From an uncultured Bacteroidota bacterium (GTDB taxonomy: Bacteria; Bacteroidota; Ignavibacteria; Kryptoniales; JAKASW01): DNA of 64,000 bases. Both the position numbers and the translations under genes were made by a program. Numbering within the stretch: position 1 is the stretch's first letter; every line of letters begins with the position of its first letter. Below are positions 38,471 to 48,339 of the stretch, one piece after another. The notes beneath the pieces were generated by a model. It worked only from the letters and a program-made list of their open reading frames with translations, was not told the origin of the DNA and searched no databases. Location: NCBI GenBank assembly GCA_963703215.1, contig OY969800.1:582007-646006 (forward strand). Direction: 5' to 3'.

Positions 38471-39403
38471 CTACTTAATTTCAAATAATGAACTAATTGA
38501 TTCGTTCTGATAAGTTCTTCTGATCGCTTCCGCAAAAAGTTTTGCCACGGATCGCACCTCAATTTTCTCCGATTGCCGCTTCAAAGGCACTGTATCGCTG
38601 ACAATGAGTTTCTTGATCGGGCTGCTATTAATTTTTTCGAATGCGTTTCCGCTGAAAACCGGATGCGTACAAGCTCCATAAACGTCAGCAGCGCCCGCCG
38701 TCTTCAGAGCGTTTACCGCGGCGACAAAAGTCCCGCCTGTATCGATCAGGTCATCCACGATCAAAACATTCTTGCCCTTCACATCTCCGATAATATTTAC
38801 GACCTCAGCAACGTTTGCCTTCGGCCTGCGTTTGTCGATCAAAACTAAATCTGCCTCGAGTCGTGTCGCGTAAGCTCTCGCAAATTTTATCCCGCCTACA
38901 TCCGGCGACACAACTACTAAATTCGGAACTTTCAAATCTTTAATATATCTGACAAAGACTGCCGATGAGTAAAGGTGATCTACAGGGATATCGAAGAAAC
39001 CTTGAATCTGAGCCGCATGCAAATCCATCGTCAGCACACGGTCAACGCCAGCATGAGTCAACAGATTCGCAATAAGTTTTGACGAGATGGCAACTCGCGG
39101 TTGATCCTTTCTGTCCTGGCGCGCATATCCGAAATATGGAATCACACCGGTCACTCTCAACGCCGATGCTCGCTTGGCGGCGTCGATCATGATCAGCAGC
39201 TCCATCAAGTTCTCCGCCGGGGGAAATGTGCTCTGAATTATGAACACATCTGCACCACGGATGTTATCGGAGTACTTCACCCAGATCTCGCCATCACTAA
39301 AATTCACAATCTCTCTTTCTCCGAGAGGTTCACCTATTTCATGCGCAATCTTTTCCGCAAGCGGAATATTGCTGCGACCGGAAAATATTTTTATGCCTGC
39401 CAT
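38471..39403 (-). CDS. prs: ribose-phosphate pyrophosphokinase
   Basis: 310 aa with DLHAAQIQGFF, VVSPDVGG and DDLIDTGGT. Confidence 0.95.
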   Translation of the reverse strand: MAGIKIFSGRSNIPLAEKIAHEIGEPLGEREIVNFSDGEIWVKYSDNIRGADVFIIQSTFPPAENLMELLIMIDAAKRASALRVTGVIPYFGYARQDRKDQPRVAISSKLIANLLTHAGVDRVLTMDLHAAQIQGFFDIPVDHLYSSAVFVRYIKDLKVPNLVVVSPDVGGIKFARAYATRLEADLVLIDKRRPKANVAEVVNIIGDVKGKNVLIVDDLIDTGGTFVAAVNALKTAGAADVYGACTHPVFSGNAFEKINSSPIKKLIVSDTVPLKRQSEKIEVRSVAKLFAEAIRRTYQNESISSLFEIK

Positions 39404-39554
39404 CTTGGATTATGATTTTTTTGCGGCAAGGATTCTCTGCAGTGAAGAATTTGGATTTTCCCGACAAATTCAAAACTCCGTCAGGATTGCCTTGCCGATC
39501 AGATAATCGATCTCAGACTTGTTAGTTAAAAAACTCTATAGCGAACTCAAGCTC

Positions 39555-39596
39555 GCTCATCTATGCTGGGGCGGCAGGATTCGAACCTACGAGTGT
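39555..39596. repeat. direct repeat copy A (tRNA-Gln 3' half + CATAG + ATGAGC)
   Basis: Matches 39861-39902 at 41 of 42 nt; the repeat period is 306 nt. Confidence 0.9.
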
Positions 39597-39633
39597 CCCG
39601 CAAAGCGGGATGCCTTACCACCGGGTCACGCCA
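39566..39633 (-). pseudogene. tRNA-Gln-derived tRNA-like relic (copy 2) with a rebuilt anticodon hairpin
   Basis: The T-arm and 3' acceptor are intact. The 5' acceptor/D region is shortened and mismatched. The anticodon arm is TCCCG-CTTTG-CGGGA with a 5-nt loop. The GIY-YIG stop codon overlaps it. Confidence 0.7.
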
Positions 39634-39860
39634 ACAATTTCTAGAAACTTTGCAGTACCTTTGAGATTCTTCAATTCTCGTTCGCGTCTCATAGCCTCTG
39701 CACGTTTCTCGTATTTTTCAAAATAAACCATCGACCATGGCGCAAATGCCTTCGTCGATTTCGCTCTACCTTCGTTGTGTCTCCTAAGCCTGTCTGCCAA
39801 ATTGTTTGTCTGGCCTACGTAAAATCTTTTTACCTTCAGACTTTTAAGCACATACACGTA

Positions 39861-39866
<6 letters not shown>
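39615..39866 (-). CDS. small standalone GIY-YIG nuclease (COG2827/YhbQ-like)
   Basis: 83 aa with YVYVL...FYVGQTNNLADRLRRHN...RERELK. These are the GIY, YIG, Arg and Glu signature positions. Confidence 0.8.
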
Positions 39867-39943
<77 letters not shown>

Positions 39944-39980
39944 ATTCTGGGACAACCACAAACTTGAGGCATGTCAACAT

Positions 39981-40041
39981 CGGCATTTGAACCTGCGAGT
40001 GTCCCGCAAAGCGGGATGCCTAACCACTTGGCTACGCCCCA
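39981..40041 (-). pseudogene. tRNA-Gln-derived tRNA-like relic (copy 3), 3' end decayed
   Basis: The 5' acceptor, D-arm and variable loop are intact. It has the same TCCCG-CTTTG-CGGGA arm as copy 2. The T-stem 3' strand and acceptor are lost (GGTTCAAATGCCGATG). Confidence 0.65.
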
Positions 40042-40185
40042 ATTCATCAACCTTTCAAAGATTGCGACGCTTGGGATACGCCAAGTACACCTGTTTACAG
40101 CGTCGTGGCTTAGAATATAGTTGTCGAGAAGGAGAAAATCAAAGCGGAAGACCGGATCAAACTCAAATTTCCAACAAATACGTCT

Positions 40186-40494
40186 TCAGATTCCTCGAGT
40201 TTTATCGGACATTCTTGAATCCGTCCAGTTCCACCATTTCAATCTTTCCGGATGCTGAGAAGACCTTTCTGTCGAGGCATAATAGACCGCACATCTGAAA
40301 ACGTAATGAAGGTATCTGTCCTGAACGAAACCAGTCTTTTTATTAATTAGGCCATAAAGAGTCTCGGGATTTTTCCCCTTCAGATCTTTGACTGATTTGA
40401 TTCCAATCTTAAGAAAATCTAAAGCGATTGATTTTCCAACACCCGGGATTTGCTTAAGGTCTCTAATGGAATTTTCGTCGACCTTCACGCTCAA
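40186..40494 (-). CDS. helix-hairpin-helix domain protein (Cdd1-like)
   Basis: 102 aa with LKQIPGVGKSIALDF. Confidence 0.55.
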   Translation of the reverse strand: MSVKVDENSIRDLKQIPGVGKSIALDFLKIGIKSVKDLKGKNPETLYGLINKKTGFVQDRYLHYVFRCAVYYASTERSSQHPERLKWWNWTDSRMSDKTRGI

Positions 40495-40634
40495 CCTCAG
40501 ACATATTGATCCATAAAGTTACTGATGAATGTATCCTGCATAATTCAAAAAACAAATTTACAAATGCGAATCTTGCCGCCCAATTGTAACAAGAAGACTT
40601 TTGGCTTATCTTTTAGAAAGAAAGAGGAAATATA

Positions 40635-41042
40635 ATGGCGGAGTCATTTAAGATTTCAACCACCTTGCCGGCAACACCAAAGCAGATTTACAAAGCTTGG
40701 CTCAGCGGTGAAGAGCATGCGGGGTTCACCGGCGAACCAGCGGAAGTAGATCTGAGGGTCGGCGGCCGTTTCAAGGCGTTCGGTAGCTATATTGAAGGAA
40801 CAAACATAAAGCTGCACGTTAACAAGAAGATCGTTCAAGCGTGGCGAACGACGGAATTTCCCGCTGGAAGCGAGGACTCTACATTGGAGATAGCCCTGGA
40901 AGAAGTCAAAGGGGGTACGAAGCTTACGCTCATTCATAGCAACATACCCGACGGTCAAGCGGATTCATACAAAGACGGATGGAAAAAGTTTTATTTCAAA
41001 CCGATGAAAGAATATTTCGGGAAAAAGACAGGATTAGATTAA
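40635..41042 (+). CDS. SRPBCC-superfamily protein (AHSA1-like)
   Basis: 135 aa with KQIYKAWLSGEEHAGFTG and GGTKLTLIHSNIP. Confidence 0.7.
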   Translation: MAESFKISTTLPATPKQIYKAWLSGEEHAGFTGEPAEVDLRVGGRFKAFGSYIEGTNIKLHVNKKIVQAWRTTEFPAGSEDSTLEIALEEVKGGTKLTLIHSNIPDGQADSYKDGWKKFYFKPMKEYFGKKTGLD

Positions 41043-41092
41043 GCTCGCCAGGATTTTTCCGCCTTTTTCATTCGGGTGCAACGTGGTTCAAT

Positions 41093-43747
41093 CTACATAT
41101 TAAACCAGTACGTGAACTTCACAAGAAAAATATTATCGGGACGCGCAGCAACTAAGCTTCTCAAGTCGCGATTAATTTCCATAAATCCCGGGTATTGTGA
41201 ATCGGTCCTATTCTGAGTCCAGACTAAATACAGAGTTGAACCGGGCGTATATTCCCATCTCAGTATCGCATCGCCACGCAGAGATTTGTAATTGAAATCC
41301 GGATCTGAAAATGTAAACGGCGCGCCCTGTCCTCCGGGGTCAACTTGATACGTGCCTTCTTCTTCGGTGATTGTGGTTCCATTTCTGCCAAAAAAGTTGA
41401 AGTCATATGAACCTGGCTTTGCCAGCTCTTTATAATTGTGGTAGTTTCCAGCGGAGATAAGCGGTTGGGCATAAAACTGCAAGCTAAGCTGCGGCGTGAA
41501 TGTCCAATCCAGTCGAACGTTTGCAGATAAAGTTTTCTGGCCGAGCGTCGCAAACACATATCGCTGGCCATAAGTACCAGCAGCTGCAGGATCAAGGAAA
41601 TTGCCGACCCACTGCGCGTCCCAATTTGATTGTTCATAAGATGGACCAAAGCTGAAAGAAACGTTTGGCTGCGGTATCCACTGAACATTGATGCTGTAGG
41701 TCGCATCATGGTCACCGGTCTGATAGCTCGAAGGATTTACCTCCACACTTAGTATCCAAGGTTTTCTATCATCTGAGCCAGCCCATACATCGAATCCCCA
41801 GCCGGGCAAATTCAGGATTCTCGGCCCGCCGCGGGTCGAGTAGTCGCTCACTGTCTGCGGGTTGTACCATGAAGTTGCATTGACAGAATAATAATTCAAT
41901 AATTGCACGTGGCTAAATATGAAATATCCGTTTCCGGTTTCCTTCATCCCATAGTCATAACTTCTATATATAGCTCCGAAAAGATAGGCTGACCGCGCGA
42001 ATGTACCAGGCTCCGTCCATTGATAGCCAGCCACCACATGACCATTTAATTCATCGCCACGCCACATAAAACCGAGATCGTTGACATCGAACCTTGGATC
42101 GATAAATCCCACGGCTGCGTTGACATAGACGTTGCCTTTTTGTTTATTCAGCCAAAACCTGCCGGCATATCCCGTCATCGATGTCGCACTGCTGTCGAAA
42201 TGCAAGTAGCCGGCATCTGGACGCTGCAGATAATGCGGTTCGCTTTCTTGCAGTGTGATCATTCTGGTCCGATCACCGCTCACCCGACTCATTCCAGTCC
42301 ACCCGGTTAGAACCCATTCCTTGTCATGGTCAAGAAATGTCCACCCATCTAATGCAAATACTGCGGCGCTGCTGTTGAGTTGATCTCTCAAAGTATCCGC
42401 CTTAAAGTCCCGCTCAGACAAGGACGAGATAAATCCGATCCCCTGTCTTCCGTCGTTTGTTTCCTTGCGAGCTCGGACTACTCCGTAGTATGTTAGTGGT
42501 TCAACAGGGACATTGAAAATCGATCCCGCCGTATCAACTCTCGCATTTTCTGAAGCTGTCACGGCGTGTATCGTTCCAATTGTCCACCCATCGCCGATTC
42601 GCCCGGTAAGTTTTGCAGCACCAATTATAGAAGTACCGTCTGGTTCATCGACGAAATCTGCCGAAGGAATACTCCCTTCCGGCGCGTGGCCGATTCTCCG
42701 GCTGTAAAAGAATTGAGGATTGCCGAAGTTGAAGTTCCAAAAATTATTCGAACCGCCAGATCCAAAGTTATTGAAAATATCTGCGCCTTCGATGAAGAAC
42801 GGCCTTTTCTCGGAATAGTATGTTTGAATATCGCTTAGGTTCACAATTGCCGGATCAACTTCGACCTGGCCAAAATCGGGATTTATTGTTCCATCGAGCG
42901 TCAGGTTGTTCCCAATGCCAGCCTTAAAATCTCCACCGATCCCTGGAGTGTACCGTGAACCATCATTAAAGGGATTTCCGTTCCCCGCATTCAGATATTC
43001 GGCTTTGGCCGTGAAATATGGAAGTAATTCTATGGGACGATGGGTATTGATCTCGCTTATTCCGACCAGGTCAATAAACCGCGAGACGAAACCACTCGAA
43101 TTTTTTGGAGTGTAAACGACATAATCATCTTCATTACTCCGCCCAATAAACCTTTCGAAGTCGACGCCCCACACATAAGAGGAATCATGTTCAAATCTTA
43201 ACTGGGAAAATGGGATTCTCATTTCAGCGGTCCATCCGAGAGAATCGATACGCGCCTTTCCTTCCCAAACACCGTCCCACGTGTTGTCGCTCCAGTCGTC
43301 ATTGTAAAGCACTCCGTCCCCGATAGTACCGGCAGCGTTGATTGCGAAATAGAACCCCGATCGTCTATCATGGTACGGATCAACATAAAATACAAAATAA
43401 TCCGAAGAAACTTTCGTATCTCTCCTTGCGAGGCGGGCGACGATAGAATCAGGCGCATTATCGTACATCCTCGCCGCGACGTAGATCGCCTGCTCGTCGT
43501 ATGCTACCCAGACCTCAGTCGCCTGAGTCGGTTTTGTTCCCTCGTTCGGGTCTCGCTCGACAAATTTTGTAAATCCTGGACCATGCCAAACCCTTTCCGA
43601 AAGTATGCCATCGATTTTCATTTCCGAATTACAACGAATAGCTTCGATCTGTGTAGAGTCATTCGTACCCGCGCCGAAAGCTGAGCAGATAAGTCCGAAG
43701 AAAGAATTGATTGCCAGAATCCATGAAAGCAACAATGTTGCTTTCAT
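41093..43747 (-). CDS. CBM9-like / DUF5916 large secreted protein, probably outer-membrane
   Basis: 884 aa with a signal peptide and a beta-rich region that ends in an aromatic-rich segment (FTYWFNM). Confidence 0.55.
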   Translation of the reverse strand: MKATLLLSWILAINSFFGLICSAFGAGTNDSTQIEAIRCNSEMKIDGILSERVWHGPGFTKFVERDPNEGTKPTQATEVWVAYDEQAIYVAARMYDNAPDSIVARLARRDTKVSSDYFVFYVDPYHDRRSGFYFAINAAGTIGDGVLYNDDWSDNTWDGVWEGKARIDSLGWTAEMRIPFSQLRFEHDSSYVWGVDFERFIGRSNEDDYVVYTPKNSSGFVSRFIDLVGISEINTHRPIELLPYFTAKAEYLNAGNGNPFNDGSRYTPGIGGDFKAGIGNNLTLDGTINPDFGQVEVDPAIVNLSDIQTYYSEKRPFFIEGADIFNNFGSGGSNNFWNFNFGNPQFFYSRRIGHAPEGSIPSADFVDEPDGTSIIGAAKLTGRIGDGWTIGTIHAVTASENARVDTAGSIFNVPVEPLTYYGVVRARKETNDGRQGIGFISSLSERDFKADTLRDQLNSSAAVFALDGWTFLDHDKEWVLTGWTGMSRVSGDRTRMITLQESEPHYLQRPDAGYLHFDSSATSMTGYAGRFWLNKQKGNVYVNAAVGFIDPRFDVNDLGFMWRGDELNGHVVAGYQWTEPGTFARSAYLFGAIYRSYDYGMKETGNGYFIFSHVQLLNYYSVNATSWYNPQTVSDYSTRGGPRILNLPGWGFDVWAGSDDRKPWILSVEVNPSSYQTGDHDATYSINVQWIPQPNVSFSFGPSYEQSNWDAQWVGNFLDPAAAGTYGQRYVFATLGQKTLSANVRLDWTFTPQLSLQFYAQPLISAGNYHNYKELAKPGSYDFNFFGRNGTTITEEEGTYQVDPGGQGAPFTFSDPDFNYKSLRGDAILRWEYTPGSTLYLVWTQNRTDSQYPGFMEINRDLRSLVAARPDNIFLVKFTYWFNM

Positions 43748-44541
43748 TTGCTTTCACCGGATTTCAAAATCTTTATACTTCCATTAACGCTCTCGGCTTC
43801 AATATATGCATCGCCATTACCTATCTTCCCATCCACCGAATCTCCAATTTTACCAAATGAATGCTCGTCACTTTCGCGCGAAGAAGCCAATCCAAAGCCG
43901 TTTGAAATCTGCCCGTTGGCAGTTTTTGCTTTAATCCTCGCGTCCGCACTTGCCGGGAGATTAATCGCGACGGACCCATTCACTGTCTTAAGCATAACGC
44001 TAGACCCCGATTTCAATTCGGCAAAGTCAGCTTGAACTTTCCCGTTGACCGTTTCAAGCCTGCAATCACTGCGAACATCCCCCGCGCGAACAGTTCCATT
44101 TATTGTCGATGCATTTACCTTTCCCGAAAGCCCTGAGATTTCTATACCGCCATTAACAGTTTTTATTCTGTCAAGGTTGACATCTTCGGGAACCGTGATT
44201 GTGTATTCAACCCACGGCCCGTCGTCATTATCGATGTTACTGTTATCCGGATATTTAGTATCAATGTCAACAAGATTACTCGAAGCGTTCACCACAATCT
44301 GCAGCTGGTCCATCATATCTTTATCGTTGGCGTGTTTCACTGCGTCCACTTTTACTTCATTCTTGTCCCATGCCTTTATTTCTACTCCGCCGTTGATATT
44401 ATTGAGACGGACCGAACCTCCGGGAGAGAGCGTGTACAACTGATGAAATTCCTCTTTGACTCCGCCACCGAAAACTGAAGCCTGACAAGAGCATGCCGCG
44501 AGAAGAACGAACGCCGCGATAAAAGATTTCATGGGTTTCAT
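43744..44541 (-). CDS. DUF4097-family lipoprotein (putative beta-helix adhesin-like)
   Basis: 265 aa with a lipobox (LLAACSC) and repeated NG.V/I motifs. There is a 4-nt overlap with the downstream gene. Confidence 0.6.
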   Translation of the reverse strand: MKPMKSFIAAFVLLAACSCQASVFGGGVKEEFHQLYTLSPGGSVRLNNINGGVEIKAWDKNEVKVDAVKHANDKDMMDQLQIVVNASSNLVDIDTKYPDNSNIDNDDGPWVEYTITVPEDVNLDRIKTVNGGIEISGLSGKVNASTINGTVRAGDVRSDCRLETVNGKVQADFAELKSGSSVMLKTVNGSVAINLPASADARIKAKTANGQISNGFGLASSRESDEHSFGKIGDSVDGKIGNGDAYIEAESVNGSIKILKSGESK

Positions 44542-44564
44542 TTTAACTTTTCTCCTTCAATCAG

Positions 44565-45698
44565 TTATTTTGAAAACGAGTCAAGTTTCCTTATGTAGAT
44601 AATCCCACCGGAGGTATGCAAATATATTTCCTGTCCACCGCCATTCAGAGTAATTTCTCCGCTCTCGTTACCAAATCCATGCGATTTGTTATGGATCGTG
44701 ACGGGAAAGTCGGAAACTATGCCATCTTCGTCACTGCCGGATACTTCTGCCTTTATGCTGGCCTTTGCGTCCTGTGGAACATACAGATATACATCGCCGC
44801 CACTCGATTCCACTCGACTCCCTTGATTGCCTTTGGGATTGAGACCAACCTTCACGGTTCCACCCGACGATGAAACATCGACCGAACCAGTGGCATTCGT
44901 GATCTCAACGTCTCCGCCGCAGGTGTTCGCAGAGACGCGACCATTTCCTGAGGAAAGCGAGATATCGCCGCCAGAAGTAGAGATGTCAACGCTTCCGCTT
45001 ATTTTGCCAATCGACATGTCTCCGCTCGACGTAGAAGCGCGAAGGTTTCCGCCGACTTTCTCGATATTAATGTCTCCACCGGCAGTGGAGGCATCGAGAT
45101 CTTTGCCGACAGTTCCTACCACTATGTCGCCGCCCGAGGTTTCAATTTGGAGAGCGTTCGCGGCATGATCCACTCGAATGTCCCCACCTGATGTTGTAAG
45201 CGTAGCATCTTTTTCCAAACTATGAACGATTATGTCTCCGCCTGATGTCTTGCCGTCAACCGCACCGTCCACATCATCGATCTTGAGATCTCCACCTGAA
45301 GTTGAAAGGTCAACGTCTCCAGTAAGTTGACCGTCGATTGTGACGTCACCGCCGGAGGTGGATAGATATAGATTAAAATTTGAAGGGACATAAAAAATAA
45401 ACTTTAGGTTGCGGTTGTCCCCCCACCACCCTCCATGGACCCGGTACCGGACAGTGACTGTATTTCCTGATTGATCGCTCTCGACGCGGTCAGCGTCCTC
45501 GCCAATATCTTGCGCTGTCATTTGAACCTGCGCTTTGTCCCAAGTTCTTACTTGAATGTCTCCGACGCTTACTGACACAACCAATTTCCCATCTTTCGAG
45601 ACAAAAAAATTCTTTTGCAAATCTGATGGTTCTTTGCTTACAGCGAGATTCGCGAAAGTTAGAACCGACAAAACTGTTGTTAAAATAATTTCTTTCAT
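44565..45698 (-). CDS. DUF4097-family protein with ~11 tandem [ST]SGGD[IV] repeats
   Basis: 377 aa with a signal peptide and 18-19-aa repeats (TSGGDVTIDG, TSGGDLKIDD, TSGGDIIVHS and so on). Confidence 0.65.
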   Translation of the reverse strand: MKEIILTTVLSVLTFANLAVSKEPSDLQKNFFVSKDGKLVVSVSVGDIQVRTWDKAQVQMTAQDIGEDADRVESDQSGNTVTVRYRVHGGWWGDNRNLKFIFYVPSNFNLYLSTSGGDVTIDGQLTGDVDLSTSGGDLKIDDVDGAVDGKTSGGDIIVHSLEKDATLTTSGGDIRVDHAANALQIETSGGDIVVGTVGKDLDASTAGGDINIEKVGGNLRASTSSGDMSIGKISGSVDISTSGGDISLSSGNGRVSANTCGGDVEITNATGSVDVSSSGGTVKVGLNPKGNQGSRVESSGGDVYLYVPQDAKASIKAEVSGSDEDGIVSDFPVTIHNKSHGFGNESGEITLNGGGQEIYLHTSGGIIYIRKLDSFSK

Positions 45699-45699
45699 T

Positions 45700-46662
45700 T
45701 TAAAGCTCCGTAATTTCCTTCAGCATGCCTGCTGCCTTAAGTCTAACATACTGGTTTTGATCTGATAAGGATTTTTCTTTTAATACATTTAAAACTTTCG
45801 GATCGACATCCTTGACATTGGAAGATGCCACGGTCGTTTCTTTCTCCGATAAATAATTGATAGCTAAGACCCGCATTCCAGGATTCTTGTCGTTTTGAAG
45901 AACGAAAAGAAGAGCGTCTCTTATTTCGTTATCAAACGGCGACTTCTTCAAAGAAAGAAGAGCTTCCCTTCGCACACCTGCGTTGTCGTCTGTCTTTGCA
46001 GCCCTTACAAGCGCACGTTCGATTTCCTCGTCAGGTTTAGTAGCCGCAACAGCATCCAACATTCCGACGGTTTTCAATCTTATACCCGCGTTATCTGAGT
46101 TGCCAAGGGCATACGCAAGGACCTTCTGCACATCATGGTCATCTAATGAGCCTTTCATTTCGTAACGCCTGACGAAGTCGAAAGAAAATTGGATGTTGCC
46201 GGATTTTTGATCGGTCGAAATAAAACGGATGTTGTCGATCGCTACATCATTCAGATTCCGGGAATTAAGATCCGATATGATTGATCCGGTGCCTTTGCCT
46301 TGATGGTTCAAATAGAGATAACTCGTCGTCGCACCGATCGCTAACATTACTGATGCAATTGCGGCGACGGCATATAATGGAACATGTGAGAATCTTCTTA
46401 TTGGCAAATGAAATCTATATTCGGGAATGTTTCTATCTGCGAAAAGCGTGCGGTGGAGTTCGTTTCTTGCTTCAACAAGAGTTCCATCGAGGTACGAATC
46501 ATCAACATGCCGGTATTGAGGTACAGTCCTTCTTACATTCCGCTGAAAATCCGCGCACCTTGGACATGCTGACAAGTGGTTTTGTAATTTCGCCTTTTCT
46601 TCCGGCGAAATATCTTTGTAAAAATCAAGAACGATTAGACTTTCGAATTTCTTGTGTTTCAT
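45700..46662 (-). CDS. anti-sigma factor (zf-HC2) with one TM segment and C-terminal HEAT repeats
   Basis: 320 aa with HLSACPRCADF, a TM segment (VPLYAVAAIASVMLAIGATT) and HEAT-like repeats (AGIRLKTVGML, AGVRREALLSL, PGMRVLAINYL). Confidence 0.7.
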   Translation of the reverse strand: MKHKKFESLIVLDFYKDISPEEKAKLQNHLSACPRCADFQRNVRRTVPQYRHVDDSYLDGTLVEARNELHRTLFADRNIPEYRFHLPIRRFSHVPLYAVAAIASVMLAIGATTSYLYLNHQGKGTGSIISDLNSRNLNDVAIDNIRFISTDQKSGNIQFSFDFVRRYEMKGSLDDHDVQKVLAYALGNSDNAGIRLKTVGMLDAVAATKPDEEIERALVRAAKTDDNAGVRREALLSLKKSPFDNEIRDALLFVLQNDKNPGMRVLAINYLSEKETTVASSNVKDVDPKVLNVLKEKSLSDQNQYVRLKAAGMLKEITEL

Positions 46663-46674
46663 GGTTTCAATCTC

Positions 46675-47304
46675 CTACTCTAAAACCCCTCTTAGTTCTT
46701 TTTGCAATCTTCGGACAGCCACATACAAATGTTTCTTCACCGTTCCTTCACTGCAATTTGTCAAGGAGGCAATTTCTCTCAGCAAATAGCCCTCGTAATG
46801 CTTCATGGTAAATACAAGCCGCTGCATCGGGGATAGAGTCCCGAGAGCCCGCTCGATCTGCTTCGCGAGCTCGGCTCTCATAAATTCCCCTTCGACAGAA
46901 TTGGTATTCCCCGAATTGGGTTCGGGATCCGATTCTTCTTCGTCGGTCCGAGATTTTTGTTTGAACAAGTTCATGTTCTTCTGCTGTTTATACTTAAAAC
47001 TTACACAAACATTGCTGGCAATTCGGTAAAGCCATGTTGAGAATTCACTCTTCATTTGAAAATTTCCGATCGCGTTGAATGCCCGGATAAGCGTTTCCTG
47101 GTAAATATCCTTTGCGTCATCAGAATTGCGGGTAAAAGAAAATGCAAGCGACAAGATCCGTCTATCGTACCTCTCCACAAGTTTTTCGAAAGCATCTGTA
47201 TCTCCACTTTGGGCATACATGACTAGCTCTCTGTCAGCCATTCTCTCCTGTACGGATTCCGTGGCCAAGTCCTCCTTTTGTTTCCGCTTAAATTCTTTCT
47301 TCAT
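46675..47304 (-). CDS. ECF-type RNA polymerase sigma factor
   Basis: 209 aa with region 2 (DAKDIYQETLIRAF) and region 4 (LREIASLTNCSEGTVKKHL). Confidence 0.85.
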   Translation of the reverse strand: MKKEFKRKQKEDLATESVQERMADRELVMYAQSGDTDAFEKLVERYDRRILSLAFSFTRNSDDAKDIYQETLIRAFNAIGNFQMKSEFSTWLYRIASNVCVSFKYKQQKNMNLFKQKSRTDEEESDPEPNSGNTNSVEGEFMRAELAKQIERALGTLSPMQRLVFTMKHYEGYLLREIASLTNCSEGTVKKHLYVAVRRLQKELRGVLE

Positions 47305-47548
47305 AACTTTCGACTCGCGATTGTTGGAAATGGTTGGGGGTTAAAGCCACTTTTTTATGCCTCCGATAGCTAAGTTCCTTCGGAACTACGGTTGCAGATT
47401 CAAGAGGTGTACATTGGCTGAGAAGCTGGAGATTTTGGTCACAACCTCCCAACAAAACCAAACCCCGGAACGAGAATGACTCAAACCATTGAGAAGTTAC
47501 AAAAATAAAGTCGTAATTTTGGATTCGGAATTAGAGGCTTGAGTTCTT

Positions 47549-48196
47549 TTACGGGTGCAGAAGAGTCCGGAGTGAAGTTATAAGAAAATAAAAGGACAGC
47601 AACACTAAAACGCCACCAAGTGCTTTATTAACCTTTTTCATCATCTCATCGGAAATGAAATTCTTAACCCTATGGAGAATATTTGCCAGCGATAACAGGT
47701 AAGTAGCCAGACCAAAGCCACCGGCTATTAGAAACATTAATGATGCATTCACATCAAACTTGTGAACCACTCCAATGTCTCTAATTATCTTCACGCCGAT
47801 GAGCCACCACACGATCATCATCGGATTTGTTGCCGCAAGTGAAAATCCCGTCATGTAAGAAATCCGTCCGCTCTTAAGTGTGCCATTTGTAAGATCATGC
47901 ATATTGGTATTTTTGCCGTCTCTGAATGTGAAGAATGCCAATATCCATAAGATTGCCGTGGCAGCTAAGCCGAATATGGCGACCACCGTTTTGTTCTCCA
48001 AGAAAGGTGCGACTCCAAAAAGAGCGATGGCTCCATACATTACATCGGAGCTTACAGATCCGGCGGCGACCATGTAAGCTGATCGGAGGTGATTGTTCAG
48101 CGAACGCTTTGCGATCTCGATCTGTGTTGCACCAATCGGCATCGCCGTTAATATTCCTAAAACGTATGTTAAAAAAAGGAAAAGGAATGTATTCAT
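47549..48196 (-). CDS. LysE/RhtB-type exporter family membrane protein (putative)
   Basis: 215 aa with about 6 TM segments, and family-like size and topology. Confidence 0.5.
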   Translation of the reverse strand: MNTFLFLFLTYVLGILTAMPIGATQIEIAKRSLNNHLRSAYMVAAGSVSSDVMYGAIALFGVAPFLENKTVVAIFGLAATAILWILAFFTFRDGKNTNMHDLTNGTLKSGRISYMTGFSLAATNPMMIVWWLIGVKIIRDIGVVHKFDVNASLMFLIAGGFGLATYLLSLANILHRVKNFISDEMMKKVNKALGGVLVLLSFYFLITSLRTLLHP

Positions 48197-48314
48197 TTAG
48201 AATCGTTTAGGTGTTAAGATAAAGTATCTGCGGTATCCAAAACAAATGAAATAAAACGCAGAACCGGTCCACCGGGCTATCAGCATCTTCAGGGATAAAC
48301 TCTAACTGAAGTAC

Positions 48315-48333
48315 CCCGGGGGCATTCCCCGGG
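48315..48333 (-). terminator. GC-rich hairpin just downstream of the GT9 gene stop (no T-run)
   Basis: CCCGGGG-gcatt-CCCCGGG, a 7-bp stem. Confidence 0.3.
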
Positions 48334-48339
48334 TTCAAG

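Noticed and set aside
39566-39633. tRNA-like copy 2 as a functional second tRNA-Gln.
   Set aside because: The acceptor stem has a C-C mismatch, the D region is 2 nt short, the anticodon loop has only 5 nt, and the 5' part is overlapped by the GIY-YIG coding sequence.
44565-45698. The repeated SGGD units were checked as a possible DNA-level tandem repeat or variable-number array.
   Set aside because: The repeats are conserved at the protein level only. Codons and spacer residues differ between units, which fits an old beta-helix repeat rather than a recent DNA tandem array.
47373-47387. Perfect hairpin AGTTCC-ttc-GGAACT, containing the ECF -35-like GGAAC, about 70-85 nt upstream of the ECF sigma gene. 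I considered it as an autoregulated ECF promoter or a terminator.
   Set aside because: There is no CGT-type -10 element at a 16-17-nt spacing on the gene strand, and no T-run follows the hairpin. The evidence is insufficient for either call.
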